Positions 1-12,190 are shown, numbered from the stretch's first letter. The stretch is DNA of 64,000 nucleotides from Setoptus koraiensis (GCA_048013815.1 CM106585.1:2418001-2482000), one strand, 5' to 3'. Numbers and translations are program-made. Notes: a model not told the origin generated them from the letters alone.

Positions 1-6
1 ACTTAC

Positions 7-168
7 AATCAAGGCCTTGTTAATGAAATCCACTGAAATGATCAAGTTTCTTCTTTTTTTTCTTTGTTTGCTTATTATACTATTATTGTTGTTGCCAACA
101 TTATCATGCTGGTGATTATAATGGTGATAGACAACGAAGTCGACTTGATAAGTGATTGGTTTCTTCAT
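7..168 (-). CDS. Possible first coding exon of a gene continuing beyond the left window edge
   Basis: ATG at 168 opens 54 stop-free codons (MKKPITYQVDFVVYHHYNHQHDNVGNNNNSIISKQRKKRRNLIISVDFINKALI) ending exactly at a perfect GTAAGT donor (positions 6-1, phase 0). His/Asn-rich composition resembles other proteins here. No homology recognised. Confidence 0.3.
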
Positions 169-1513
169 GATTATTATCTTGAGATCTTTTTTTTATTGAC
201 CCATGTGTCTACTGGCTCGCTGGCTTGCTCTGGCACCAGTGATTATATTTGTCTTTTATTGTGGTCGCATTATTTTTTGCATTAGTTATGCAAATTGGAT
301 AGTACAGGATTGTACATAGCAAATAATTGTAGCTAATTAGTCGGTGAGAAATCGTTTTTTCTCAATGATTTCAACGAAAATAGATTTCTAAGGTTGTTAT
401 CACCACACATGATAATCAAGAGTAAAACGAATTGCAATTGGCTCAATCCTTTCGCCAACTCATCTTTGTTAAAATGCGCGACAATCATTTTTGGCCACTC
501 TAAAACCACAAAATCTATCCAGATACAGTTGGTTAGTTTTTTAGGTTAGAGGCATATGCATTGATAGTAGAGTTTTCATGATGTAAATACCGTCTCTACC
601 GTCTCTTTCTATTTTCCATCCCCATTTGATGTGGTGTCATCATGTTAACTTGTCATCATGCTATATAAATGCAATGTGATGATGCAACAATGATCTCACA
701 AGCTCAGTCAACAATGATAGGTCTGCTAGTGGTGCGAGTGTCAAGAAATTTGGTCGCTGACCGCCGCATATTGTAACATACATCACAATTGGTTACATTC
801 AATTGTCTGTTGCATATCTAATATCTCACACGGTACACCTATCTCTATCTATCACTATGTATGTATGTGATATGTAATGCATTGTACACTTAATGTTAGA
901 ATGATTTTGTGGGTGCTAGACTGGACGAGACTGGACACAACAGGTTGCCTTAGCTCGGCAACTTTATTGTTGCAGCATCCAACAATAAGTTTATGCAGAT
1001 TGCACCATGTATCTAAGATGACACATAGAGGGAGAGAGAAAGACCAGCCAGCAGCAAACAGCGACAACAACAGGACCATCCAATGATAACAACAACAGCA
1101 AGTCAACAACCCAGTGTGGTCTTCGCAAACTTATTTGCAACAACACAACACATGACGATGAGATCACTAAGAGACAAACAAACAAATGCTGAAAATGAAT
1201 TAACAACAAGTGAGAGTGATATATTTCGCGATATTATTCTTTTCGCATTCTTTTTATTAGGGCGACAACTATCTCGTCGTCACACTATCACAATTTGAGC
1301 CAATTGTCCAAATTAACAAACTCCAAGAAATCGAGTATAGTGTTGTCATAGGCACCGACGTATCACGATAAACGAAATTATCTGGCGTTTGTTTGCAAAC
1401 AAGCGAACAATGGTCTGGCTAATGTCAGTATGTTTCTTCTTCACTCATTATCACACACGATACCCAGGCGATCATCTTCATCACGTTGCACTCCTTTCCA
1501 TTTGTTCTGTCTA

Positions 1514-1546
<33 letters not shown>
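1514..1546. repeat. (CT)n/(GA)n microsatellite
   Basis: ctctctctc... run seen directly. Confidence 0.85.
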
Positions 1547-2478
1547 AACAACATGATATGACGTCGCTTGACACTTTATCATTAGTAGCTGTAGGAGCTT
1601 TTGAGCTGAGTAAAACATCAATGAAACAGTAGTAGAAAAATATTATTCTAACGAATTTGATTGTATCCTCTCATATGAATCAATAATCGACTACGACGGA
1701 CAAAGAATATCCTGCACTGGCGACTGTCTACTCGCGTGCGATAGAAATACATGAGGTCTTCTCAAACAGAATCATGACAACGAGGAGTTGAGGTCTGAGG
1801 TTTATAAGAGTGTTGATATGAACATTTGACCATTGTAATCAACAAGTGTCATTATTCCTATCTCAGTAATCCAGAATCACTATACACCTCTAGACTAGAT
1901 CGAAGTAGATTTCAGCAGTCCACATCGTTATTGAACGATCCAGTTCGAACATTCGAAGTTGTAAGACCTTTTCACATGCCCATTGTGAGAAAAAAAGGAC
2001 TACTCCCAATCCTGAGGCCACCCAATGCATCAACGGTTCGCTCAACGAGTATAGTTGCGGCTAAAAGTGATCATTTCAACTGGATCACTCATGAGCCATC
2101 ACTGATTAATACAAGAATCGCTTCCGCACAATGAAAGTCAAGAATTTTAAATATAAAATACTACCGATCACATCTCACAGTGCATTCTGTAAAGTGATTT
2201 ATTCAAGTTGTTTACAAAATTATCCGTATTACACCTACAATACTCAACTTGTCTGACTAACACTTGTCAGCTACTTGAATTGCAACAGATACTTTCTAGT
2301 AGGCTAAATGTCCCGGCTAAAAAATAACTGAGACTTAAAGCAGGTAGTTTATAGAACTTATGAGCGTTTACTTAACTCATCATGTACTTTTGCTATAGAA
2401 TTTATTGCCAATATATAGTTTTCAAAACTAAGTCATTCATTCAAGTTGATCAGGTTTTATTCTTTATTCGAGATGAAC

Positions 2479-4563
2479 TCATAGGCATCCGCACGATTGA
2501 GCAACCATGTTTTTAAATTCTTTTAGGACAACATTTGAGTAATCATCGAAGTACAACACAGTTATTGCAGATAACTTGGTTGGTACACAACATGGTTTCG
2601 GGATTCGTCTGTTCATTAGATGAGCTAACATTTGAACAATTGCATGATTTGTGCTATTTAGATTTGGATGTAATGGAAATGGACAGTCTCCACCACAATA
2701 ATTCGCCTCATAACCATCAGGCGCTATTATCCAATCATTCCAATCCAGTAAACTAAAGCTTACATGCCACCGGCGTTTTTGGCAGTATTTGTCTCCCTTC
2801 AAATCTTTTGGCTTTTTATTCGGCGGATGTGGTTGTTTAGTCGAGGAATTGTTCGAATATTGATGCATATGCGACAATTGCTTATTGGATTGAGATCTTC
2901 TTGGTTGGCCCAAAAAAACATCTACATTTGCAGTTGGAGTAACTGTGCCAGAGTTGCTGTGACGATCCTCTGAGGCCTTGTGGCGATTAAGACCATTATG
3001 GCTTTGATTGACGACTTTTGTTGAAGGCGTAGTCGATCTGTGAGAGGCTTCCCTTTTAGTGAGATGCCTCTGCAGTTGTCTATTGATGTTGAAATTAGGG
3101 GAAACGCCGGCGTTGGTGAGAAGATCTAGTGAATCTGTATGCCGCAGTGCATCATGTGGCTTTAGTAACAAAGATGAAGGTGCTGATGTTGCAAACTCTA
3201 TTGTATTAATGAGATTATCTTGTTTATCATTCAAATCGTCCAAGTCGTCTAGATGCTCAGAGATTGCGTAAGCTATTAGGAATGGTTGCCTTTTAGATGA
3301 ATGTCCGGATTGTATAAGTCCAATAGTGTCTGGATTTTCAACAAACTTAGGAACGACGTCACTTTTACTAGACAGTTGTCTAATTTCTAGATTAAAACCA
3401 GTGTTGTTGTTTGGATCAGCCAGCCAATATTGAAAGTCGTTTGTAACATTCATAGAGATCCATCCTTCATAGTCTATGGGAACATCAACCTTTGACAAGA
3501 TCTGCGCGATAACTGGATCGCCAGTTCCATCATCATCCATTTGTTGTTGTATTGGGCGCAAACTAAACTCAAGTGATTCATAATGTTTGATATCAATATG
3601 GTTTAGTTGTGTGCGATTTTTATATAATTTTAACTGAGCTGCGACAACTTTATCTGAAGGCAGTAATGAGCTATGTATATCAAACCAATAATAAGATGGT
3701 TCACTATCCTGGTAATGGAGCTCATATTTATTAGTGAAACTAATGACAGTATTCGATTTATTAATGGCCAATAATGTTTCACTTGTTAATTTGTCACCAT
3801 ATATGAAAATCTCACTGTCCCAAGCTTCATCATTGACAATCATCCGACCAGCTGATTGATCATAAAACTTATTATATAAACCAGTAACATAATTTGATCC
3901 TGAATGTGGTCTGTTAATATTATCATTTAATTTCTCCTTTTTAATGCCCAAAAAGTCCAACACTCCGCGTGCTATTCTTTTTTTCACATCGTCGGGCAGT
4001 AGATCTATCGCTGGACTAAAGCCATAGAGAGAAAAACTATCTGTTAGATCAATATTAGCTTGTGCAGACCTAATTTTATTAATACTCGCTCTACTTAATG
4101 TTCTCCTTTCAACTGCTGCTGGCGCCGTTGTTGTTGGCCTGGCACCACTTTTGGCGCTACCGCCGCCTCCGTTGCCCCCGCTGTCGTCATAGTTATTATT
4201 GTTTTGTTGATCATTAAAATTGTCATAATAACTAGTGTCAATCGTCGTAGTTGTCGCAGTTCGTCTATTGGAATTGTTGTTGTTGTAATTATTATTTAAA
4301 TTTTTAATATTATTTTGCTGACCGATGGAATTAGTTGTGGCGAGTGTATTGGGTGGGTCATGATACTGATGGTAATTGTGATGATGGCTGCTGCTACTAC
4401 TACTACTGCTGGCATAGTTAACTGCCAACGGAGACAGGGTAGACTGATGTGGGGGCGTCCGAGAACTTGCTGAGCATAGATAATATTTACAGATATTAGA
4501 ATTTAATAAAATTGTAATAATAATGGTAATAATAAATGTTGATGAGGCATTGTGATAAGACAT
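2479..4563 (-). CDS. gbb: BMP5-8/glass bottom boat-type TGF-beta ligand precursor, intronless, 694 aa
   Basis: First in-frame ATG is at 4563 (the track start at 4620 is GTG) and is followed by a signal-peptide-like segment. Prodomain has [13 protein letters not shown] and RQPF. C-terminal 7-Cys knot [17 protein letters not shown]...[40 protein letters not shown]. The VLYFDDxSNV segment fits BMP5/6/7/8 rather than Dpp. Confidence 0.9.
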   Translation of the reverse strand: MSYHNASSTFIITIIITILLNSNICKYYLCSASSRTPPHQSTLSPLAVNYASSSSSSSSHHHNYHQYHDPPNTLATTNSIGQQNNIKNLNNNYNNNNSNRRTATTTTIDTSYYDNFNDQQNNNNYDDSGGNGGGGSAKSGARPTTTAPAAVERRTLSRASINKIRSAQANIDLTDSFSLYGFSPAIDLLPDDVKKRIARGVLDFLGIKKEKLNDNINRPHSGSNYVTGLYNKFYDQSAGRMIVNDEAWDSEIFIYGDKLTSETLLAINKSNTVISFTNKYELHYQDSEPSYYWFDIHSSLLPSDKVVAAQLKLYKNRTQLNHIDIKHYESLEFSLRPIQQQMDDDGTGDPVIAQILSKVDVPIDYEGWISMNVTNDFQYWLADPNNNTGFNLEIRQLSSKSDVVPKFVENPDTIGLIQSGHSSKRQPFLIAYAISEHLDDLDDLNDKQDNLINTIEFATSAPSSLLLKPHDALRHTDSLDLLTNAGVSPNFNINRQLQRHLTKREASHRSTTPSTKVVNQSHNGLNRHKASEDRHSNSGTVTPTANVDVFLGQPRRSQSNKQLSHMHQYSNNSSTKQPHPPNKKPKDLKGDKYCQKRRWHVSFSLLDWNDWIIAPDGYEANYCGGDCPFPLHPNLNSTNHAIVQMLAHLMNRRIPKPCCVPTKLSAITVLYFDDYSNVVLKEFKNMVAQSCGCL

Positions 4564-4774
4564 ATTTTTAGAAGGATACCAACGAGCACCGGGGAGAGAC
4601 ACGCACACATTCACTCTCACATTCGCTCACACAGAAAACATTCGAGAACGATGTAGTACAGACTCTTTGGTACCTTTTACACATTTGCATGGCCGATGGC
4701 ACGCACAAAAGCTTCAATTGAGGGAAGACACTAGGAGCACTAACTCGTTATATTACTTCTATTTCAATGACAAT

Positions 4775-4915
4775 TATTGTATTTATTGTTGTTGTGGTTG
4801 ATGTTGTTGTGGTTGATGTTGTTGCGGTTGATGTTGTTGCGGTTGATGTTGTTGCGGTTGCTGTTGTTGCGGTTGCTGTTGTTGTTGCGGTGGTGATGGT
4901 GGTAGTTGATGTTGT
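4775..4915. repeat. 15-nt tandem repeat (GTTGATGTTGTTGCG-like) upstream of gbb
   Basis: Several degenerate copies read directly. This repeat produces the spurious poly-T, poly-V and poly-N ORFs in the track. Confidence 0.85.
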
Positions 4916-5339
4916 CGAACGACAGGTTTGTCTCTGCAATTGCTTCTGTTGTTGTTGCCACTTCTGTTTCTTCTGCTATCGCTGATACTACCGTTGTTGC
5001 TTATGCTGCTATAATTATTTACTGGCTTCTGCCTCTCGTTTCCTTTCTTTATCTGTCGCTGTCAGCGTTTTCTTATTTATATCTTCTGTTTTACAACAAC
5101 TTCTTCTTCTTCCTCTTCTTCTTCTTCTTCTTCTATTAATTCTTCATCAATTGTTGTACACCCTGGGTTATTGTCGCCGGACAAATGGCCATACCAATAG
5201 GAACAGCAGCTCACACAAGCAGCAACAGCAAATCGACCACCAGCTTCCTACTGTATAGTATTCTTTATCGTCGCCGCCGCTGCAGCTTCTTTTCTAATTC
5301 TATTTTAGCTTCTTTCTTCTCTCATTATATTTCGAGGTG

Positions 5340-5356
5340 TAGAGAGAGAAAGAGAA

Positions 5357-5388
<32 letters not shown>
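5340..5388. repeat. (GA)n-rich tract upstream of gbb, GAGA-type element
   Basis: Purine-only GAGA run seen directly. Regulatory role is inferred only. Confidence 0.75.
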
Positions 5389-5689
5389 TGAATTCGCGTC
5401 CAACACACACACACACAATTATAATCGTTCGAGTGCACGCACTCGCATGCATAGCCGAGGAAAGGGACACACACAGACGCACAAGCAAAAGAACGTACAC
5501 ACTGTCGTATACACGTACAGTAAAGTTCAGCCAAATGCGAAAAATTGGGACTAAAGCATGAGCGCATGTTTTGAATTTACATATATAATTGTGACCTAGA
5601 CATAATCAGTCACTTTCAATTCTTCATTTATCATTTATTATTATTATCAACAAAATTAGTTGTATGATGATCAGATCGGTCTAGAAATA

Positions 5690-6380
5690 TCAGTCCGAGG
5701 GCCGTTTCTCAGCAAATTTCTTTGTATGTTCCTCAGCATTTTTAAAAAATTTCTTAGGGTCCTTGGTATATTCTTGAGCTAGATCAGCTCTGAGAGGGTG
5801 TTCAGGTTCTGATTTTGGTGGAGGGAAGACGGGGGAAACAGTGTTGTTAGTAAAATAGGGAAATTATATCAATTGATATTATAGTCAAGTAGTCATGAAA
5901 ACTGCTTACCTGGATCGTTGACTAGCGCGATCAAGGATTGGATCACTTGGTCTGTTTTGGTTGCTGGTTTCCAATTTTCTGTAGTTATGATCGGAAGGCA
6001 AACTTGGCCACGTTCATCGACATTCGGGTGATATATCTTAGTCTTGAAGGTAATCTTGGGTGGTTTAAATGGATATTCTGCTGGAAAATTGATTTCTATA
6101 CGAAATGCACCCCTGTTGTAGGGAGCCTTATCAGGTACAATAAGTACTTGCCAAGAGAGCATATTTGTTTCATCTACATGAATATCACGGAATGATGACA
6201 CAGCCGCTTTACGTATATCTTGCAATTCCTATGGATTACATAGTTGTGATATTGGAAATTGAATTAATGTTAGATTATTAGTTACATCATGTATGGAAAT
6301 CATCACGGTGAGTCCTCCATTCAGATAAACAATTACAATCAATTACGACATACCTTTTGTAATCTCCTAGTGGCCGCCAT
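5690..6380 (-). CDS. UBE2L3: Ubiquitin-conjugating enzyme E2 L3 (UbcH7/UbcD10), 3 exons, 154 aa
   Basis: Exons 6380-6354, 6228-5910, 5808-5690, all GT-AG. Protein [16 protein letters not shown]...[40 protein letters not shown]...[36 protein letters not shown]...KRPSD. Confidence 0.97.
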
Positions 6381-6591
6381 ATTGATTTTATATGAAGATA
6401 TAGAGCGGATATAAAGTGATAATGTTGAATATTGAATAATTTTGCAATTTAACATGCAATGATGTTTCTCCAGCTGCTCTGCAGAAACGCTTCATGGGAT
6501 CTACAGGGTGATCAACATCTTTGTATGTAGTTGCCCTCTCACGCACAGAAGTACAATTCGACGAAAGCGCATGCACATGCAATATTTCGTA

Positions 6592-7296
6592 TATAAGGTG
6601 GCAGGCGCAGGTAGGGACCGAGCGAGGCATGTACAAAAGCAGTCGAGCAGCATATCAGCACAGAACTCATATTGTGCGTAAATTGCGCGCGCTGCGTGTG
6701 CCGTGAGTGCAACAAATCCCTCTCGGCGCATGCTCAAAAAGTTGAATTCAGCAGGAAATTCAAATCTTCCAACTTCGGGGGAGATCGATAGTGATCGGGG
6801 AGCTATTGCTCCCACCTCTCCCTATATGAGTCTAGATGTCTCGCCTCCAGGTGACCTCCCACCTCCCACTTTCGAACCGGGAGAATCTTGACCCCTGATT
6901 TTAGATGAAATAGTTCGAAGTAGAAGTCACTCTGATGAAATGATGACGGGTAGTATAAAAGTTGGATGAATTTCTTCATCTCTAAAGTGTAAGGCAGTAG
7001 ACTGAGGTTCCTCGCGAAGTGAGCGGTTGCCCGGAAAGTTACGGAAGGTGGCCGCCTCTGGGATGATCTCCTGCCCCCCTTAGATAAATCGTCCTCCACA
7101 GCTCCCCCGACCACTAAACTTTCGACTCGAGCGAGTTTAAAACTCGCGGGGAGATCCCGTGTGCAAATTTGTGATGCAAGCGCACTGTGTGCTTGTGCAG
7201 ACTCTGTGCTTGCAGGGCTTCCACGGTGCATTCGAGAAAATACATTGTGAAAGGCAACATAGCATCATGTGTGGGAATTGCTCCTGCCACCCTATA
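6592..7296. mobile_element. TA-flanked MITE (family A, Tc1/mariner-type inferred) interrupted by a hAT-type MITE
   Basis: Left end TATAAGGTGGCAGGCGCA (6592) and right end TGCTCCTGCCACCCTATA (7279-7296) are inverted repeats with 16/18 match, including the TA. Removing the insert leaves 377 bp, against 381 bp for the copy at 50031. Confidence 0.75.
6789..7116. mobile_element. Decayed hAT-type MITE (family B) nested in the family A copy
   Basis: Ends TAGTGATCGGGGAG and CTCCCCCGACCACTA match the TIRs of the 19247 element with one indel and one mismatch. Internal CTCCCACCTCCCACTTTCGAACCGGGAG resembles CTCCCACCTCCCCGTTTCGAAACGGGGA at 19524. TSD is not recognisable. Confidence 0.75.
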
Positions 7297-7546
7297 CAGT
7301 TGTAATGTGTTCATGAAAGAAACGCTCATCATAAAAAAAGTTACATTCTGTGCTTATCGCAGCATAATCTATGCGTTTCACGTCTTCTGAGCCGTTACAA
7401 AGATGCTTTTCACCCTAAATACGCTGTACGTCAAACCACACTTACCACAATTGGATATATAATTGCAAAATAATATATTTTATTCTCTGAGCGCTATTCT
7501 AAATGAATTATTCTTGAAAAGATCCACCAAGAACAGAGCCGAGACC

Positions 7547-8334
7547 ATGACCAATATCGCTGTGCAACGAATTCAAAGAGAATTTAGGGAAGTAGTGGCG
7601 GATGAATCATCTAGATCTCTGTACCATATAGAAGCAATAGATTCGGATTTGTTGAATCTTGTAGGTTATGTAACTGGACCTCCTGATTCCCCATATGAGG
7701 GTGGCAAGTTTCATATGGAAATTAAAGTACCTGAAACATATCCATTCAGCCCACCAAAGGTGAGTAAACTACATATTTACTATCCATTTCTTTCATCAGC
7801 TCAGTTTCACTTAGACAATGTAGCTCATGACAGTTCTTTCCGATTTGTAAACTACCCGATGGTATTCAGGTCAAATTCACGACTAGAATTTGGCATCCTA
7901 ACATAAGCTCTGCTACCGGTGCCATATGTTTGGATATACTCAAAGACCAATGGGCCGCGGCCATGACGATGCGGACAGTTTTACTCTCACTACAAACATT
8001 ACTAGCATTACCTGAGCCATCGGATCCACAAGATGCAGTTGTTGCTAGGCAGTGTACAGAAAATATAGAATTGTTCAAATTAACCGCCCGATACTGGACT
8101 TATATCTACGCCCTACCAAACAAAAACTACTCAGCTCTTTCAAGATTCAAGATGACACCATCGTACGCTAAATTTCCGAATGCTACGCCGAACACTCCTT
8201 TTGGTAAATTCGCCGATTTTAATTCTAAAGTCAAGAAACTAGTCGACATTATGAATACAGATGAATTTAAATCAATGCACGCATTATCTTCTCACAATTG
8301 GGATGTAGAGAGAGCGACGTACTCGCTTCTTTAA
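7547..8334 (+). CDS. UBE2K: Ubiquitin-conjugating enzyme E2 K (E2-25K/UbcD4) with C-terminal UBA domain, 2 exons, 225 aa
   Basis: Exons 7547-7759 and 7870-8334 (gtgagt...ttcag). [27 protein letters not shown]|[33 protein letters not shown]; UBA-like tail [12 protein letters not shown]. Confidence 0.96.
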
Positions 8335-8707
8335 GAAAAAATATATATCAACTTTGATCCGCGCTACATTGGGCACTAATCAACAAGAAGTAAACTACTT
8401 GTATGAATGTGTTAGACACATTGTGTGCTGCTGCAACATCGTGTGTCGCTCACAATATAAGAAGTATTCTTCAATCATATGTTGTACATGTATATATGGC
8501 GTTATTGTAATCTTGATTTAAATCTTAAATCATAAGCTCGAATCTTCAATTGTTTACGTATTTATCAATATTAACTGTTCCACTATTTGTTTTTAGTATG
8601 ATGTAAATATCAATTTTAGACAATAATACAAGTATATATCAGACACCAAATATGTCGAGAACTTTGGATTCGATCGTTTTTTCACCGTTGTATCAAAGAA
8701 TAGGACA

Positions 8708-11700
8708 ATGTTATTTGAGCGTCCCAAGAAGATTAATCTGATTTTTGACAATAAGCGATCTGCTGATAGTTACGTGAATGAAAGAACTCATAAATTTCTT
8801 GGTTCAAAATTTACCACAACCCTGCTGCTAGCACTATGTATCGGTTCAATCAATGTGGTGACAGGTTTTCACGTTAAGGGCCATGATATTTGTTTTGATG
8901 AGAAACTATTTCAAGAGGATGTAGAAAAATCTGTAAAATATGACGATCAAGCAAAAGTTGCCAGTTATACTGACGACATGAGAGACAGAAACTTTACCAT
9001 ACAAACAGACGAAAACATATCCGATACAACTCAGGAGTACATAATACTATTCAAACACTATTTTTCTCTGAATGCAAGAGTATCATTCCTCGAAGCTTCA
9101 ATTAGATCCGTAGTACGTCAGGATGTCAACTCACGAGAACCAACCAACAGCAATGACATCAAAGCAAATAAAATTTTCTATCAGCTAAGGCCTCATAAGA
9201 TCTTAAAATATCCAAGTGACTTTGATGTATTATATTTCCCATCCAATGTAACCAAACCTGATAGAGAAATTATTTTGAATTCAATAGATTCTCATCCATA
9301 CGTCAAGAATATAGTGCCCCAGAGATCTTACAGAAGAAGTTTACTTCAGTCAGAAGTGCAATACGACGAAAATTCCACGATTTCATTCTGCTACCTAGAT
9401 AATGTCACCGATAATGCGTCAGGTAAAAGATATTTAAAAAGTGTCCAGCATGAGCCGTCATTCAACACAAGAAGATTGTTCAGATCCATCCCAAAACAGA
9501 TAACTAGTCAACTGAATGCTGACGTTTTGTGGAAATTAGGAGTAACAGGTGCTGGTGTAAGAGTTGCAATATTCGACACGGGCTTACCTAAGAATCATCC
9601 GCATTTTAAATATGTTAAAGAAAGAACTGATTGGACCAACGAAAAAACTCTTGTTGATGCCCTGGGGCATGGAACATTTGTTGCTGGTGTCATCGCAAGT
9701 AGCCGACAATGTCTAGGATTTGCACCGGATGCTGAACTATACATTTTCAGAGTTTTCACTCAGCAACAAACGAGCTATACCTCTTGGTTCTTAGACGCTT
9801 TTAATTATGCAATAATAAAAAAGATTCACATCCTCAATCTGTCCATCGGTGGTCCGGACTTTATGGATAAACCTTTTGTAGACAAAGTGTGGGAACTGAC
9901 CTCAAATAATATCATCATGGTATCAGCTATAGGCAACAATGGTCCTCTGTACGGAACTCTGAATAATCCCGCCGACCAGATGGATGTCATCGGTGTGGGA
10001 GGTATTAATTTTGAAGACAACATTGCACAATTTTCATCAAGAGGTATGACCTCATGGGAACTACCCTCTGGCTACGGGCGCGTCAAACCGGATATTGTTA
10101 CATATGGCTCTAGCGTCAGAGGTTCTAGCATTAAGGGTGGCTGTGGAACTCTTTCGGGAACCTCAGTATCTTCACCTGTAGTTGCCGGAGCTATTGCATT
10201 AATTAAATCGGGCGTTTTGCAACTGGGTGATATGATTAATCCGGCTTCGATGAAACAAGCATTGATGCTGTCAGCTAAACGCTTGAAAAATGTTGCAATA
10301 TTTGAACAGGGAGCCGGAAAACTAGATTTAGTTGGTGCTTATGAGGCTCTACTCTCCTACAAACCCACTGTAACTGCCAGTCCTAGTTATATTGATTTTG
10401 GGGATTGTCCATATCTATGGCCCTATTGTAGCCAGCCGATTTATCATGGTGGCATGCCATTTAAGATCAATATCACATTACTAAATGGTATGGCAGTGAG
10501 TGGAAAATTTTCCGCCCGACCAACATGGCACCCTCATATTGACTCCAACGGAAACATAGCTGACTATTTGAATGTTGGCCTAACTTATTCCAAGACATTA
10601 TGGCCTTGGTCAGGATGGTTGGCATTACATATAACGGTCAGAGAGGAAGCAAAAAAATGGGAGGGTTATTGTGAGGGTCACATCTCGCTTACCATAGAAT
10701 CTACAGTCTTGGATGAGACAATGCATTCTAGTTTGAGTATACCAATCAGATTGAAAATTATACCCACCCCTCCAAGGGAAAAACGAATTCTTTGGGATCA
10801 ATATCATAATCTTCGTTACCCGGGCGGCTATTTTCCGAGGGACAATCTTATGATGAAAGATGACCCTCTGGATTGGAACAGTGATCACATTCACACTAAT
10901 TTCAAAGATCTCTATGAGCACTTGAGGAAAAACGACAATTATTTCGTTGAAGTATTGGGAGTTCCATTCACTTGTTTTGATGCTAGACAATATGGGGCTT
11001 TGTTGATCGTGGATCCAGAAGAGGAATTTTTTCAAGAAGAAATAGTCAAGTTGAAACGAGATTTTGATGAAAATGGCTTGTCTGTGATAGTATTTGCAGA
11101 CTGGTATAATGCGTCTGTAATGGAGAAAGTCAAATTTTACGATGAGAACACCCGTCATTGGTGGACACCAGACACTGGAGGAGCCAATCTACCTGCGCTC
11201 AATGACCTCCTTGCTCCCTTCGGCGTTTCACTTAGCGATCGTGTTTATGAGGGCTTCTTCAGAATTGGTCACCACGAAATGTATTATGCCTCTGGAACTA
11301 GCTTGGCACAATTTCCACCCGGAGATTCGTTAGTGCACTTTCAGAAATTGAACGATCAAGCTCAAGAGATCATTAGTAATGGCACAAAGAATAAAATCAG
11401 GAATGTGCCTATCTTAGGCTTGCACTATCCTGCCAATCGTTCTAAGCTTGCAGTATACGGTGATAGTAACTGTTTAGATTCGGCTCACCTGAAGAAGGAA
11501 TGTTTCTGGCTTCTAGATACATTACTGAGATTTGTAAATTCTGGTAAGATACCAGCCTTCTTCAAGAGAAAATCATTCGCAAGGCACACCACAACCGTCG
11601 CGGATTATAACAATGAAGTAATAGACTATTCAAAAAGGCCATTCCAAGAGAGCAAGAAGACAAACATGGTTAGCGATCATACGATCTTGCTAGATCATTC

Positions 11701-12190
11701 TTTGCCCCTGCGATTGAATGGTAGTCGTCTATATCAGCATTCAAAAGTTATCGATGTCCCTTATAAAAACGGGGTTCAATTAAAGAGAAAATGCCCAGCG
11801 TGTAGTTTGATTGGTCCAGAGCCATCTTCCCCCACGAGAGATATTCCGCCAAATATATTTCATAGATCGATTAGTAGTGTGGCGGTATTGAGCGAACTAG
11901 ATGGCACCGCTACGGCACTTCCAATTAAGAACATTACTCTGCACAAGAAAGCTGTGGAAGGGACCATATCCTGGGAGGAATATTTCACTGGTAAAAATTT
12001 GAACAACGAAAACGAAGAAGGATGCTCACTGAAAAGTTATGTCACATACATAATGGGATATTACTGGTTTTTTCTGATAATACTGCTCGCGGGTTTGGCT
12101 TATAGATTTGGTGGACGGGCGCCATTCCGAATGAGATGTAAAAGGCTAGTTGTTAATCGTTTGCCTTTGTTGACCACTACCACAAATTAA
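8708..12190 (+). CDS. MBTPS1: Membrane-bound transcription factor site-1 protease (S1P/SKI-1), intronless, 1160 aa
   Basis: Subtilase triad FDTG, HGT and GTSVSSP; RSLL and RRLF propeptide cleavage-like sites; WDQYHNLRYP.GYFPRDNL; C-terminal TM helix and basic tail. Confidence 0.97.
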   Translation: MLFERPKKINLIFDNKRSADSYVNERTHKFLGSKFTTTLLLALCIGSINVVTGFHVKGHDICFDEKLFQEDVEKSVKYDDQAKVASYTDDMRDRNFTIQTDENISDTTQEYIILFKHYFSLNARVSFLEASIRSVVRQDVNSREPTNSNDIKANKIFYQLRPHKILKYPSDFDVLYFPSNVTKPDREIILNSIDSHPYVKNIVPQRSYRRSLLQSEVQYDENSTISFCYLDNVTDNASGKRYLKSVQHEPSFNTRRLFRSIPKQITSQLNADVLWKLGVTGAGVRVAIFDTGLPKNHPHFKYVKERTDWTNEKTLVDALGHGTFVAGVIASSRQCLGFAPDAELYIFRVFTQQQTSYTSWFLDAFNYAIIKKIHILNLSIGGPDFMDKPFVDKVWELTSNNIIMVSAIGNNGPLYGTLNNPADQMDVIGVGGINFEDNIAQFSSRGMTSWELPSGYGRVKPDIVTYGSSVRGSSIKGGCGTLSGTSVSSPVVAGAIALIKSGVLQLGDMINPASMKQALMLSAKRLKNVAIFEQGAGKLDLVGAYEALLSYKPTVTASPSYIDFGDCPYLWPYCSQPIYHGGMPFKINITLLNGMAVSGKFSARPTWHPHIDSNGNIADYLNVGLTYSKTLWPWSGWLALHITVREEAKKWEGYCEGHISLTIESTVLDETMHSSLSIPIRLKIIPTPPREKRILWDQYHNLRYPGGYFPRDNLMMKDDPLDWNSDHIHTNFKDLYEHLRKNDNYFVEVLGVPFTCFDARQYGALLIVDPEEEFFQEEIVKLKRDFDENGLSVIVFADWYNASVMEKVKFYDENTRHWWTPDTGGANLPALNDLLAPFGVSLSDRVYEGFFRIGHHEMYYASGTSLAQFPPGDSLVHFQKLNDQAQEIISNGTKNKIRNVPILGLHYPANRSKLAVYGDSNCLDSAHLKKECFWLLDTLLRFVNSGKIPAFFKRKSFARHTTTVADYNNEVIDYSKRPFQESKKTNMVSDHTILLDHSLPLRLNGSRLYQHSKVIDVPYKNGVQLKRKCPACSLIGPEPSSPTRDIPPNIFHRSISSVAVLSELDGTATALPIKNITLHKKAVEGTISWEEYFTGKNLNNENEEGCSLKSYVTYIMGYYWFFLIILLAGLAYRFGGRAPFRMRCKRLVVNRLPLLTTTTN

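Noticed and set aside
6497-6509. Minus-strand ACCCTGTAGATCC, matching the 5' 13 nt of miR-10
   Set aside because: The remaining bases diverge, only a ~9-bp stem can form, and a 13-nt hit is plausible by chance when screening many miRNAs.
6501-7390. Several 60-142 aa ORFs in the UBE2L3/UBE2K interval
   Set aside because: They arise from GC-rich MITE sequence and show no transposase or other motifs.
10625-11158. 177-aa antisense ORF inside MBTPS1, and similar antisense ORFs in gbb, IPO13, TMTC2 and NSUN4
   Set aside because: Shadow frames of real CDSs with no recognisable domain.
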